Source of the DNA: the human T2T-CHM13v2.0 reference genome, Homo sapiens
Strand: one strand, 5' to 3'
Assembly (NCBI RefSeq): GCF_009914755.1
Contig: NC_060942.1
Length of the DNA stretch: 64,000 bases
Shown in pieces: positions 1 through 16,666 of this stretch. A model generated the notes under the pieces. That model did not search any database, was not told where the DNA came from, and saw only the letters and a program-made list of their open reading frames with translations. A program made the translations under genes and the position numbers. The first letter of the stretch is position 1, and the number at the start of each line of letters is the position of its first letter.

Positions 1-904
1 TTTCTTCTTCTAGAACCATGTCCCAGATAGGAGGGGCCATGGAATTCCCAGCACAGCCCTGAGCTGCTTCCAGAGCCTGCACTGCTGTTCCCAGTCTGTT
101 CTCCTGCACTCAGGTGTCACTGATCTGTGGCCTTCTAGGTCCAAAGGATGGACAAGGAGCAGCTATTTCCCTGGGGGTGGATTGGTGTCGACTGAGCTTG
201 GATGTTTATTTTGGGAAGGCCACAGGCCTGTGTTCATGGGCCCTTCAGCATAGAAACAGGAGTAGGAAGAGAATGTTGGGAAGCCCATTGTTGGGTGATT
301 TGGGGGCCAGGGCTTTACTCTCACTATACCACCACCTCCTATTGAGGAACTCCAGGGACTTGGAGAATTCTTCAGTATTTTCATCTGGCCTTCGAAGACA
401 TGTAGTTATGTTTGCTAAGGTATGAGGATAGAATGCATTTTATTTAAGTTTGCCAGGATGATTTGTGACATGTATGTATTCTTCACATGGTATATGGACC
501 TGCATCTATAGTCTTGTCCTGGACCTTCTGAATGCTAAAAAAGAGTCTGCATGGACATAAACAACTCGTGAACTAAAGGAGAAACATTTTCAAAGTCCAC
601 ATTCAATGGTGAATTTTCACAACAAATATCTAACTTCCTTTACTAATGTAGAGCAATTTTAATGATTCTAAAATGTACACATATGTTGATCTGATCAATT
701 AGGTTGCAATCTTTGACTGCTGAATTTGGCACAATTAACTGACCCACTATGTGCATAATCAGCCCTGTTGACCTGATTGGAGAATGGCACATAGGACCCT
801 TTGGACAAACAGAGCCAACTAATGAAAACAGATCTTCATTTGGATAAGACTACACAAAGCTCTTTTCAATTTAGAGCTGGAATGATCTGTCACTCATAGA
901 TTTC

Positions 905-1030
905 CTGTCATTCATGTAATCATGATTTAGCAATATAGGTATTATGAATGCCTACTCTGTATGAGGCACTGGAATCCAATGATGAACAGGACCTCTGGTC
1001 TCAAAATGCTCTCAGTCTGATAGGGGAGGC
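905..1030 (-). mobile_element. LINE-2 3' end fragment
   Basis: tcattcatg...tattatgaatgcctactctgtatgaggcactgg...gatgaacagg...ctctcagtctgatagggga resembles the reverse-complement L2 3' tail; heavily diverged. Confidence 0.55.
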
Positions 1031-2099
1031 TATCTCATGAATAGCGTGTTAATTCCTGTGGCAAAGACGGCTCCATCAGGCCAGGAGTGCACACACTGAT
1101 GGCTGTGTGCTCTGTGTGCTTCAGAATGTTATGTTCTAGCATCATTCACAAAACTGAGGACACAACATCAAAACTCTATGCCAACATCTTGTAACAGCAG
1201 CAGCCTTATTTAAAAATGTACATTCTGTCTCTTTGTTTGGAAACCTCTTTTTCCACATCAATTAGGCCTTTACTTTGAATCTTATTCTCTATTTCAACAA
1301 AAGTACATAATGTTGGGTAAATGTCTCCCTTTCTCCACTAATTTCACCTTGTGGTTAAGACACTTGAATAGTCAGAACAAGCCCATTGCTTTAAAAGGAT
1401 ACTTTTTGGCTTATCAGTGCTTAAATTAATTTCTTTATCTGGAGTAATAACACCACATGTCCTACCTAATAGAAATGTGCCTTGCCAAGATCAGCAATTG
1501 GGTAATGGGTAAATTCAGATGTACAAAAAATCCATTATGTATTCCGGTGATTTAGGGCCCTCAGGATGTTATACCTATGATGGTTGACACATTTTTTCCT
1601 TAATTGTTCCCATTGTTTCTATAGAGAAGGAGCGAATGGGCACAGTTTGCTTTTCATGAATCTGAGTGCTTGCTACCCTAAGTTGTGATAGTTTTCCCGT
1701 AAGGGCTCATGTCCTCTGAATAGAGGACCACTAATTTGAGATGAGTGCATTCTGTGTTTGAAAAGAATTAAATTGGAGGATGGTGGATTACATTTTTTAT
1801 CCACTTTGACTATTTTGAGAATACTGAGTGTACACATCCTGCTATTCCAGAGGAAGCTGTGACACAGTTATGAAGGAGGGTAGCAAGACAACCAGCTCGC
1901 CACCACCTACTACCCTCTCAACTACAAGAGATGATTGCCCATAATTATTTGACTTAATACAAAATTGTTTTCAGGGTAAAATGTAACGAAGTTCAATAAT
2001 CAGTTGTGCCTTGAGTTTTAACAAAATGTATGGATTTGGGCTGGATGATTATCCAATCGATTCGGATGAGGAGTTTCCTTGAGGAGAAATAGATATTTA

Positions 2100-2370
2100 G
2101 AATCATACTGTGTATACCAAGCTGAATTCTGCCATTTTCACTTAACATTTATAATCAGTATCTCTCTATCCCATTAAAACCTTTTCATAATAGTCATGGG
2201 TGTGTCATCATTTGATCACTCTATAATTGATAATTCTCAGACACAGAAATTGTTTGCAATTCTAAAATATTTTCTATGGCTTTCTATGTAGATTTGTCTG
2301 CATCTTTTATTTTTTTCTTTAAGACAGTTTCTTAAAGGAGAAATTGCTGGATCAAAAAACATGGTATTTT
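2100..2370 (-). mobile_element. Old L1M (L1ME-like) 3' fragment
   Basis: atcatactgtg...ttttcacttaacat...gaaattgctggatcaaa are typical reverse-strand L1M 3' motifs; interrupted by the younger L1 at 2372. Confidence 0.5.
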
Positions 2371-2371
2371 A

Positions 2372-2591
2372 CTGTATGTCCTCACTTATAAGTGGGAGCT
2401 AAACGTTGAGTGCACATGGACACAAAGGAGGGAACAGACACTGGGGCCTGCTTGAGGGTAGAGAGTGGGAGGTGGGTGAGGATAGAAAAACTACCTATTG
2501 GGTACTATGCTTATTACCTGGGTGATGAAATAATCTGTACACCAACTCCTAACCTAAAATAAAAGTTAAAAAAACAAACAAAATAAATATA
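2372..2591 (+). mobile_element. 5'-truncated L1PA15/16-like 3' end with TSD
   Basis: ctcacttataagtgggagctaaac...aaaactacctattgggtactatgcttattacctgggtgatgaaataatctgtacacc, then an A-rich tail; flanked by ATGGTATTTTA at 2361-2371 and 2592-2602. Confidence 0.85.
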
Positions 2592-2656
2592 TGGTATTTT
2601 AAAGATATATGTTACTAGATTGTTCTTAGTAATCATGCCAATTATGTTGCTACCAC

Positions 2657-2821
2657 AGATCACCTGAGGTTGGGAGTCCGAGACCAGCCTGACCAACATG
2701 GAGAAACCCTGTTTCTAGTAAAATAATACAAAATTAGCCAGGTGTGGTGGTGCATGCCTGTAATCTCAGCTACTTGGGAGGCTGAGGCAGGAGAATCACT
2801 TGAACCTGGGAGGTGGAGGGG
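2657..2821 (+). mobile_element. AluSp-like internal fragment (both ends missing)
   Basis: gatcacctgagg...ctgaccaacatggagaaaccc (Sp-type), linker, then right arm up to gggaggtggagg; no GGCC start and no poly-A. Confidence 0.9.
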
Positions 2822-3054
2822 GTGTTATCATTAAAATTCTTTTCACTATTTTGATAGGTAAAGATATTTTGTCATTTGATTTTATATTTCTGGGGTTACC
2901 AATAAGGTTGCATGGGTTTTTATATTTGTTAATTTCTATGGTCCATTTGGTGACTTGTTTCTGTTCATGTTCTTTGTCTCTCTTTTTTGTTTCAGTCCTT
3001 TTTTTTTAATATTATATATTGGGCACCATTTTGATAGTGTTTCCTTTGAAAAGC

Positions 3055-3835
3055 CAGTTTTATTGAGGATAATTTACATGCAATGAAATATATTTGTCTT
3101 AAGTGTACAGTACAATGAATTTGACAATTGTATGCACTCATGTAACTATCACCATAATCAAGATACAGATTTTGTTCACTCCAGAAAGTTCTCTCTTATA
3201 CGTTTACAGTGAACTCATTGTACCCCCAGCCTCAGATAACTTGGGATCTTATATCTGTCATTATAGCTTAGTTTTGTCTGTTACAGAGTCAGAAAGTTTT
3301 ATTTTTTAAATTTCATTTATTTTATTTTGGCTTCCTTTGTTCAGCATAATGTTTCTGAGATTCATCCATGCTGTAGTATATAGCAGAAGTCTTCCTTTTT
3401 ATTGCTGAGTAGTATTCCATTGTATGGATATACCACAATTTGTTTATCCATGCACTTACTGGTGGGCATTTGAGTTGTTTCCAGTTTTGAGTTATCACAA
3501 ATGAAGCTACTGTGAGTAAATCTTTGTGTGGACATATATTTACATTTGTTTAAGGTAAATGCCAAGGAATGAAGTTACAGGGCCATGTGGTAAGTGTGTG
3601 TTTATCTTTATAAGAAACTACCAAACTGTTTTTCAGTATATGAACCATGTTACGCTCCCATAAGCAATGTTTGAAGGTTTCAGTTGTGCTTCATCTTTGC
3701 CAACACTTGTTATTTCCAGAATTTTAGTTATTTTAGTGAGTGAGTAGTGTATCTCATTCTGGTTTTAATTTAATGCATTTCTCTGAAGACTAATGATGTT
3801 GATCTTCTCATGTGCTTATTGGCCTTGTGGCATTT
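3055..3835 (-). mobile_element. L1MB/L1MC-type 3' region
   Basis: ttttattgaggataatttacatgcaatgaaat...aagtgtacag...tgagtagtattccattgtatggatataccacaatttgtttatcc; ORF 3362..3565(-) resembles the L1 ORF2 C-terminus. Confidence 0.85.
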
Positions 3836-4104
3836 ACTTTAGCAATTCTTGATTCAATTTTATTTTTGATATGCTTAAAATTTCTTTAAAGTAAGTGTTA
3901 CAAATACATGGTAAAATTTTAAGTAATATGGAAAAGTCTATGCTAAAACATATATTAATCCTATCCAAACTTGCCTTAGTTTTCTCAGTTCTTTTTTTAT
4001 TAAAGGCAACCATGATCACAAGTTTATATGATGCTGTTTGTTGTGTGAATATTTTTAATACTTATAGACTCTATCATATTTTATAAATACACAAGTGATA
4101 CATT

Positions 4105-5607
4105 TTTAACCTTTTACTTGGATATAACATATAGAAAAATGCACATATCCTAAGTGTACAGCTTGAGAAGTTTTTACAAACTGAACACAGCTGTATAACC
4201 AGCATCCAGATAGAACATCACCAGCACCATGCATTCCATTCCAGTCATTCTTCATCACTTCCCCAAGGGGAAGTGATCTTGATTTTAACAGTATGGATTA
4301 TTTCAACATTTTTTATACTTCATATAGACAGAGTTACTGCATATACTCTTTGGCGTATGCCTTCTTTTGCTCAGCATTTTGTTTGTGTGACTCATCCATA
4401 TTGTTGAGTGTATTTGTAGATTGTTCATTCATTCCTATTGCCATTTTGTATTGCAATGGAAGGATATGTGACTACCTATTTATTAATTTTATTGCCAGTG
4501 GATATCTACCTGTTACTAAAGATGTCTTGCACGTATTCTATTGCATGTCTTTTGGTGAACATTGTGTGCGCTGTATGCAGTTGGGTATGTACCTAGCAGT
4601 AGAATTTCTGGGTCATAGGTAATATATATGACACAGATGTACTAACTCCCACCCACAGAGTTTTGGTTGCTTCCACATCTTCAACAATCCCAATGTATTT
4701 TCTCTTCTTAGTATTTTGTGAGTGTTCTAGCTCATTCTATTTTATAAGTTTCTCATGAGTGTTTTCTTACTGTGATTTTAATTTGCATTACCCTATGACT
4801 AATGATATTGAGAACCTCGTCGCATGCTCAGAGGCCAGGTGGATAGCCTCATTTGTGAAGCGGCTGTTCAAGTCTTCTGCCAATTTTGTCTACTGGATTG
4901 TCTGACTTTTATTTAGTAACTTGTAGCTCTTTAACTCTGAATATGAGTCTTGTGCCATGAGTTATATGAATATCTCAGTGTGGGTTGGTTTTCACTCTTA
5001 ATGGTACTTTGTTCATGAACAGAAAGCCTCAATTTTTGTGTACTCTGATACATAAATATTTTCTCTTATGCTTTAGTGCTTTTTCCCTCTTCTTTAAGAA
5101 GTCTTTTTCTCTAAGTTTACAATGATCTATGTTTCCTCTCAAAACATTTAGATCTGCTATTTTTCTTCTTTTCAAATTTTGAATTAACATTTTGTTGACT
5201 TCTTAAAAATAATTAAAAAGTGTTCATTATTTTTCTATTCTTTGGAAGAAGTTTTGCTAAATTGATGTTTTCCTCCTTAAATGTTTGGAAGAATTCACTG
5301 GTAAAACTGTTTGGGCCTAGGTTTTATGTGAATGTGAGAAAGTTAAAATAATGGATTCACGTTTGTTGACGAATATCACATTATTCAGATTTTCTCTTTC
5401 TTTTGACAGTTTTAATGAATTGTAATTTTGCAGAAATTTTTCTCTCTTCCAAATTCTCAAATTTCTTGGCCTGAAGGTTTTGAACATTGTCATCTATGTA
5501 TTTTTCATGTCTGTAGGATCTACAATGCTGCTCCTTTTTCATTCCTGAAATCAATAATTTGTATTTTTACATTTTTTTCCTGGATAAGTCTTAGGGTTTT
5601 CCCATAT
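4105..5607 (-). mobile_element. Old L1M (L1MD/L1ME-type) 3'UTR plus ORF2 pieces, host of the L1PA6 insertion
   Basis: aaatgcacatatcctaagtgtacagcttga...; L1-like sequence resumes after the L1PA6 near 11723 (ttaatgttttcaaagaactaacttttgg). Confidence 0.7.
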
Positions 5608-5826
5608 CTATATATATTTTTATTATTATACTTTAAGTTCTAGGGTACATGTGCACAACGTGCAGGTTTGTTACATAGGTATACATGTGCCATGTTGGTT
5701 TGCTGCACCCATCAACTCGTCATTTACATTAGGTATTTCTCCTAACACTATCCCTCCCCTAGCCCCACACCACGCAACAGGCCCCAGTGTGTGATGTTCC
5801 CCTCCCTGTGTCCGTGTGTTCTCGTC

Positions 5827-9622
<3,796 letters not shown>

Positions 9623-9685
9623 TGTGATGCTAGCTGGTTATTTTGCCCGTTAATTGATACAGTTTCTTTATAGGGTTGATGGTCT

Positions 9686-10675
9686 TTACAATTTGGCATG
9701 TTTTTGCAGTAGCTGGTACCGGCTGTTCCTTTCCATGTTTAGTGCTTCCTTCAGGAGCTCTTGTAAGGCAGGCCTGGTGGTGACAAAATCTCTCAGCATT
9801 TGCTTGCCTGTAAAGGATTTTATTTCTCCTTCACTTATGAAACTTAGTTTGGCTGGATATGAAAATTCTGGGTTGAAAATTCTTTTCTTTAGGAATGTTG
9901 AATATTAGTCCCCGACTCTCTTCTGGCTTGGAGGGTTTCTGCTGAGAGATCCACTGTTAGTCTGATGGGCTTACCTTTGTGGGTAACCCAACCTTTCTCT
10001 TTGGCTGCCCTTAACATTTTTTCCTTCATTTCAACTTTGGTGAATCTGACAGTTGTGTGTCTTGGAGTTGCTATTCTCGAGGAGTATCTTTGTGGCATTC
10101 TCTGTATTTCCTGGATTTGAATGTTGGCCTGCCTTGCTAGGTTGGGGAAGTTCTCCTGGATAATGTTCTGAAGAGTGTTTTCTAACTTGGTTCCATTCTC
10201 CCCATCACTTTCAGATACACCAATCAAATGTAGATTTGGTCTTTTCACATAGTCTTTTTTCTCTAATATTGTCTTCACACTTTATTTCATTAATTTGATC
10301 TTCAATCACTAATATCCTTTCTTCTGCTTGATTGAATTAGCTATTGAAGCTTGTTTATGCTTCATGAGGTTCTCATACTGTGGTTTTCAGCTCCATCAGG
10401 TCATTTAAGGTCTTCTCTATGCATTTATTCTAGTTAGCCATTCGCCTAACCTTTTTTCAAGGTTTTTAGCTTCCTTGCAATGGGTTAGAACATGCTTCTT
10501 TAGCTTGGAGAAGTTTGTTATTGCCAATCTTCTGAAGCCTACTTCTGTCAACTCGTCAAACTCATTCTCCATTCAGTTTTTTTTCCCTTGCTGGCGAGGA
10601 GTTGTGTTCCTTTGGAGGAGAAGGGGCATTCTGGTTTTTGGAATTTTCAGCCTTTCTGTTCTGGTTTCTCCCCAT
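9686..10675 (-). pseudogene. Disrupted L1 ORF1
   Basis: DYVKRPNLHLIGVSESDGENGTKLENTLQNIIQENFPNLARQANIQIQEIQR in ORF 9889..10278; ATG at 10673-10675(-); short deletion near 10254. Confidence 0.93.
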
Positions 10676-11693
10676 CTTTGTGGTTTTATCTACCTTTGGT
10701 CTTTGATGCTGGTGACCTATGGATGGGGTTTTGCTGTGGATGTCCCTTTTGTTTATGTTGGTGCTGTTCCTTTCTGTTTGTTAGTTTTCCTTCTAACAGC
10801 CAGGCCCCTCAGTTGCAGGTCTGTTGGAGTTTGCTGGAGGTCCACTCCAGACCCTGTTTGCCTAGGCATCACCAGTGGAGGCTGCAGAACAGCAAATATT
10901 GCTGCCTGATCCTTCCTCTGGAAGCTTCGTCCCAGAGGGGCATCTCCCTGTTTGAGGTGTCTGTAGGCCCCTACTGGGAGGTTTCTCCCAGTCAGACTAT
11001 GCAGGGGTTAGGGACCCACTTGAGGAGGCAGTCTGTCTGTTATTGGAGCTGAAACGCCATGCTGGGAGATCCACTGCTCTCTTCAGAGCTGTCAGGCAGG
11101 GACGTTTAAGTCTGCAGAAGCTCTCTGCTGCCTTTTGTTCAGATATGCCTTGCCCCCAGAGGTGGAATCTAGAGAGGCAGTAGGCCTTACGAAGCTGCTG
11201 TGGGCTCCACCTAGTTTGAGCTTCCCTGCTGCTTTGTTTACAATGTCAGCATAGAACTGCCTACTCAAGCTTCAGCAATGGTGGATGCCTCAACCTCCCA
11301 AGCTCCAGCTTCCCAGGTCAATCTCAGACTGCTGTGCTAGCAGCAAGCAAGGCTCCATGGGAGTGGGACCTGCTGAGCCAGGCATAGGAGGGAATCTCCT
11401 GGTCTACCAGTTGTGAAGACTGTGGGAAAAGTGCAGTATTTATTCAGGAGTGTACCATTCCTCCAGGTACAGTCACTCATTGCTTCCCTTAGCTAGGAAA
11501 GGGAAATCCCCCGACCCCTTACGCTTCCTGGGTGAGGGAACGCCCTGTCCTGCTTCGGCTCGCCCTCCATGGGCTTTACCCACTGTCCAACAGTCCGAAT
11601 GAGATGAACCAGGTACCTCAGTTGGAAATGCAGAAATCACCTGTCTTCTGCATCTATCTTGCTGGGAGCTGTAGACCAGAGCCGTTCCTATTT

Positions 11694-11704
11694 GGCCATC
11701 TTGG
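11694..11704 (-). promoter_or_regulatory. YY1 site at the L1 5' end (L1 internal promoter)
   Basis: GGCCATCTTGG = reverse complement of CCAAGATGGCC, at the expected position near the L1 start. Confidence 0.75.
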
Positions 11705-11948
11705 AAGTGACCTTTTCCATATTATTAATGTTTTCAAAGAACTAACTTTTGGCTTTGACAAGTGTCTGCCTTTCATTTTTGTTTTTAATTTTATTCAAAT
11801 TAATTTTATTAATCTCTGCTTTTATCTTCATTATTTCTTTACCTGAACTTTTCTTAGGTTGGATTTACTGTAAGATTACATATTTTTGATGCAAGTTTTA
11901 CATTCTCATGAAAACATTTACAACGTATTTTTAAAAATACATTACACT

Positions 11949-11974
11949 ACACACACACACACACACTCACACAC
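11949..11974. repeat. (CA)n microsatellite
   Basis: acacacac... with one interruption. Confidence 0.9.
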
Positions 11975-12636
11975 TTCTTTTTCCAAACTTGGTGACAGTG
12001 AATTTCTTTCACAACCCAAATGTAAATGTGGGAGATGAACAAAATGGAATATTTTTAAAAGTTGCCACTGAGGGGAGTACAGATCCTGGTCAAAAACCTC
12101 TGCATAACTTTCAGGCCCAACCTTAGACAATTACAAAGACCTTATCTGGCAGGCCTCATAGGGCAGAGCTGCCATGCCCCCTGAGACTTGGCGACACCCA
12201 GTGCACTGCAGTCTGAGAAAGCAGTGACTGTCAAGGACTCAGCCCTGGCCAGCCATGCTGTTATACATGGCTGCATTCCTAGCCCAGATGCCTCCTTTTG
12301 GAAGCCTCTTTATCCAGGGCCATCAGCAGAGACTTCCTTATTGTGGAGAGGGAGGAGGAGACCCTGAAGACATTTTCCTCTACTCTGACTCAGTACTTAA
12401 TGCTTTTCTACACTCCTGCCTACTTCCCCTTATTGCCCAGGTTCATAAGACTTCAGGGCCTTTTGTTTGGGGCTCCCTTGGCAGTGAGGTGACCGTCACA
12501 TTTATGCCGATCCTCCTGACCCTGAACTGGTGCTATTCTGAGGGGGAAAATTAAACGGGAGTTGACACTTTCTCTGATTTAGCCTCTTGCTTAGACTATT
12601 GCTAAAGGCAAGACTAAAGGCTTGCCTGTTACTTTC

Positions 12637-13353
12637 TTTTTTAAAAAATGTTTTTTTTAAATTTCAATTTAAATTTTAAGTTTTAGATTCAGGGGGTACA
12701 TGGGTAGGTTTTTTACATGGGTATATTGCATGATGTATATGCTGAGGTATATCTGCTGAGGCTTGGGCCTCTATTAATCCCATCACCCAAATAGTTAACA
12801 TAGTCCCCAGTGGAGACTTTATTAACCCTTACCCCTGCCATCCCTGTCTTTCAGAGTTTCCAGTGTCTACTGTTCCCATTTTTGTGTCTGTGTGTACCCA
12901 AATGTTCAGCTCCAATTTATAAGTAAGAACAGGCAGTATTTGATTTTCTGTTTCTGCATTAATTCGCTTAGGATAATGGCCTCCAGCTACATCTATGCTG
13001 CTGCAAAAGACATGATTTTGTTCTTTTTTTGTGGCTGCATATTATTCCATGGTGTATATGTACCATATTTTCTTTAACCAGTCCACCGTTGATGGGCACA
13101 TAAGTTGGTCCCATGTCTTTGCTATTGTGAAGAGTGCTGCAATAAACATATGAGAGCCAGTGCTTTTTTGGTAGAACAATTTATTTTCCTGTGGGTATAT
13201 ACCCAGTAATGGGCTTACTGGGTCAAATAGTAATTCTATTTTTAGTTCTTTGAGACATCTTCAAACTGCTTTCCGTGGTGCCTGAACTAATTTACATTGC
13301 CACCAACACTGTGTGTTTTCTTTTCTCTGCAACCATGCAAACTCCGTGTTAGG
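12637..13353 (-). mobile_element. 5'-truncated L1PA16-like element with perfect 15-bp TSD
   Basis: ttttagattcagggggtacat...cccatcacccaaatag; TTGCCTGTTACTTTC at 12622-12636 and 13354-13368. Confidence 0.9.
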
Positions 13354-14714
13354 TTGCCTGTTACTTTCATTTGAGCTTGTGTTAGCTGGTTTCCCTGACA
13401 CCTGACTCAGCAATTTCTAGCTCAGGTCAGCTCCTAATAACTACTCTGATAATCTTGGGATGTTTTAGAAATTTTCATGTAGACAATTTGAAATCATAGG
13501 CACATACTGAAAAGTAAGAAGGTGAATAAAGCCTAATTTGATACAGATCGACAATATTCATCTTGTTCTTCTTGTGCAAATATCAAATTTCTCTCTAGAG
13601 GATTTTCCCCCTCACATAAAAATATCTCCAAAATCTTTTCACATGCAGGCAAAGAATTAAGAATTTTCATTAACTCTTTTCTTCTCCTAAGGTACGGAAA
13701 AGTTTTTAAAAAATATTTTTTCCTGCTTATTGATTTGAAGTTTTGCTTTAAATGGAAAAAGGTCCTGGTTCTCAAACTGCCTAAGATTTAGGTGGAAGAA
13801 GTTTGAGGCTACACAGAGTTCTGAAGGGAATCAGACACCAAGAGGAGACATACGTGACTGTTCCTCATAGTGCTAACCTCCTGTATAATGTCTGGGCATT
13901 TACACAATGTTTACACTGTGTTTGTGTAGTATAACCAATCATTTTAGATTTTCAAGATATATATCTCTAAGTTGGTTGTTATTAATATCATGTATACTTT
14001 TCTACCAAACTTCGTTTTGTTTCTAGCTTTGTTTTGTTGTTAATACAAAATCCCAGAATGATATGTCAGTAAGAAATGACCTGATTTGCCAATTGTTCAG
14101 AATTTTTACCTCATATCACTAGCGTTTTTAGAGGAAAAATATGAATGAAAAATGGTGCTCCTCTTTGCCCTCTCCTGTGCAGCTGTTCTTCATTGTTTAG
14201 AGCTTTGCCTTGAGGATCCAGAGTGTTGTTTCTCCATCCCGTTCATCCAGTGTCCCCCGGGAGGAGCTGAGAAAACACTGAATAAAATTGCAGTGCTCCA
14301 TGTTAAGGATGAACAAAGAGTAGCACAACAGAATGAGTATTACAGACCAGAACTACAGGGCTGCATTTATTTTCTCTCCATCTTCTCCCTCTTTTCCTTC
14401 TGCATTTAGACTTTCTAAATTGAGGTTACCTTTAGCTTTGGGGTATCTTTAGGAGGATTGTTGTTTTAGAAAAAATTTCAGATCTGAAGAGAGGCCGATT
14501 GGCAGCCAGGTAGGCTCTCCAGCCTAGGCCATCATGTCAGAAAAGGAAGTGTGAATTCTGGGCACAAATCATAGAAGTTAGGATTATAAGCATGGTTAAG
14601 AGAGTTTTTGCTGCTGAGTATAAGTTAATACCAGAGAATAACACTGAGTTATTGAAAGTAATACAGCAAACTCGTATGGCTAGATTTCCTTTAGTAAATT
14701 ATTCAGTTTTTTTT

Positions 14715-15070
14715 TTAAGAAAAATTGAGTTATACTATAGTAAACTGCACAAATTTTAAGACTATGGCTCAATAAATTTTTAATCTATCATCAATCAATC
14801 AATCTATTTATCTATCTATCTAATCTCCTGATATCAAGAAAAAGAACAAGAAATAAATCAAGATACAGAATATTTCCAGCACTGCAGGCCACTTTCTCAT
14901 GTTCTTTCCCAATCAATATGTTCCCACCCCAAGGTTTCCACTATTTGGATTTCTATCTCTGTAAATTATTTTATTATTCTTGACCTTTATGTAATTGGAA
15001 TAATAAAATACATACTCTTTTGCTGTTTGGCTTCTTTTGCTTATTATGCCTATGAGATTCATCCAAGTTG
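14715..15070 (-). mobile_element. Old L1M 3' fragment containing (ATCA)/(TCTA) repeats
   Basis: gtaaactgcacaaattttaag...aatcaagatacagaatatttccagc...tatgagattcatccaagttg. Confidence 0.65.
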
Positions 15071-15089
15071 TCCTCTTCCTCCCCAGTAT

Positions 15090-15257
15090 TTAATTTAAAA
15101 ATAATTTTAAATATACCTAGACATTGAAAGAATTGTGCAGTGAACACACATGTCCACTAACCATCCAGATTCCACATTGCTGTCATTTTTCTATACCATC
15201 TATCCACTTATCAACCCATTTTTTGATGCATTACAAAGTAAGTTGTAAGTTGCAGGT
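15090..15257 (-). mobile_element. L1MC4/5-like 3' end fragment
   Basis: ttgaaagaattgtgcagtgaacac...ttttgatgcattacaaagtaagttg...gcag. Confidence 0.55.
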
Positions 15258-16666
15258 ATCATGGTGTACGGGAGGCAGGACTAGATTGCAGTTCTGACTC
15301 AGACAGAGCAGCATGTAGAGGATTGTGTCGTGAATTTTTGCCCCATAACGACTGCAGGAATAAATCAGAAAACCTGAGAGGACCCACAGACCCCCTGAAG
15401 GAAGCAGATTGCTTCTGTAGGGCCCGGGAGACCCCCAAATACTGTGAGTGCCCAAACTTTGTAAGTGGGAAAGGGAGATTGTCCACCCACGAACACACAC
15501 CTCCACTGGGGAAATTGAAGGCCTAGATTACAGGAGAACATTTTCACCTTACCTGGAGCTGAGTCAATTTAGAGAGCCGAACGAAATATAGGGTTAGAGG
15601 AAGCAGCAGGAAAATCACTTGGAGTTCGCTGGGTCCCTTAGGAAGCTGTTTTTGCCTGGCCTCAGGTGGGTTCTTTAGGAGGGCGGCCAAAAGTGCTGGG
15701 AAAACGCCACAGGGAGAAGGAAATCTCCAGCTGAACTTTGTAACAATTTGAACTAATTGATAAGCCTCCTGGTCAGAGCTCAGGGGAGGGTGTGAATCCG
15801 GTGTGCAGACTCCACAGTCTGGGGGAAAAGGGAAGCCATATTTGCTTTCACAGCTGGGAGGCGGGTAGGCTGGGGCAAATTCTCAGCCCTGCTTGCCCAC
15901 TGCCGGGAAACAGATGCGGTGCTGTTGGAGGGGGCACGGTGGGGGTGAGACTGGCGCTTTGGATTGTGTGGGAGCTGGGTAAGGCCTGTGACTGCTGGCT
16001 TTCCCCTACTTCCCTGATGACCTGCATGACACAGTAGAGGCAGCCATAATCCTCTTAGGAACATAACTCCATTGACCTGGGAACCTCACCCGCATTCCCT
16101 ACAGCAGCCACAGCAAGACCCACCCGAGGAGAGTCTGAGCTCAGACATGCCTACTCCTGCCCCCACCCAATGGTCCTTCCCTACTCACCCTGGTCACTGA
16201 AGACAAAGGGCATATACTCTTGGGAGTTCTAGGGCCCTGCCCACCGCCTGTTCCTCCCCGTACTACCATAGCTGATGCTCTCTGGAAAGCACCACCTCCT
16301 GGCAGGAGGCCCACCAGCACAAAAACAGAACATTAAACCACCAAAGCTAAGAACCCTCACAGAGTCCATTTCACTACCCTGCCACGTCTGCTGGAACATG
16401 TGCTGGTTTCCATGGCTGAGAGACCCACAGACAGTTCACATCATAGGATGCTGTGCAGACAACCCCCAGTACCAGCTTAGATCCTGGTAGACTTGCTGGG
16501 TGGCTAGATCCAGAAGAGAGATAACAATCACTACAGCTCAGCTCTCAGGAAGCCACATCCATAGGAAAAGGGGGAGAGTATTACTTCAAAGGAACACCCC
16601 ACGGGACAAAAGAATCTGAAGAACAGCCTTCAGCCCTAGACCTTCCATCTGACAGAGGCTACCCAA

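Noticed and set aside
10475-11052. 144-aa and 154-aa + strand ORFs
   Set aside because: Antisense frames of L1 ORF1/5'UTR with no independent evidence
11278-11340. L1 ORF0 homologue
   Set aside because: An ATG is at the expected position but the frame closes after 20 codons (MVDASTSQAPASQVNLRLLC*)
13533-13775. 80-aa - strand ORF with protein-like composition
   Set aside because: Non-ATG start, no recognisable homology and no convincing splice context
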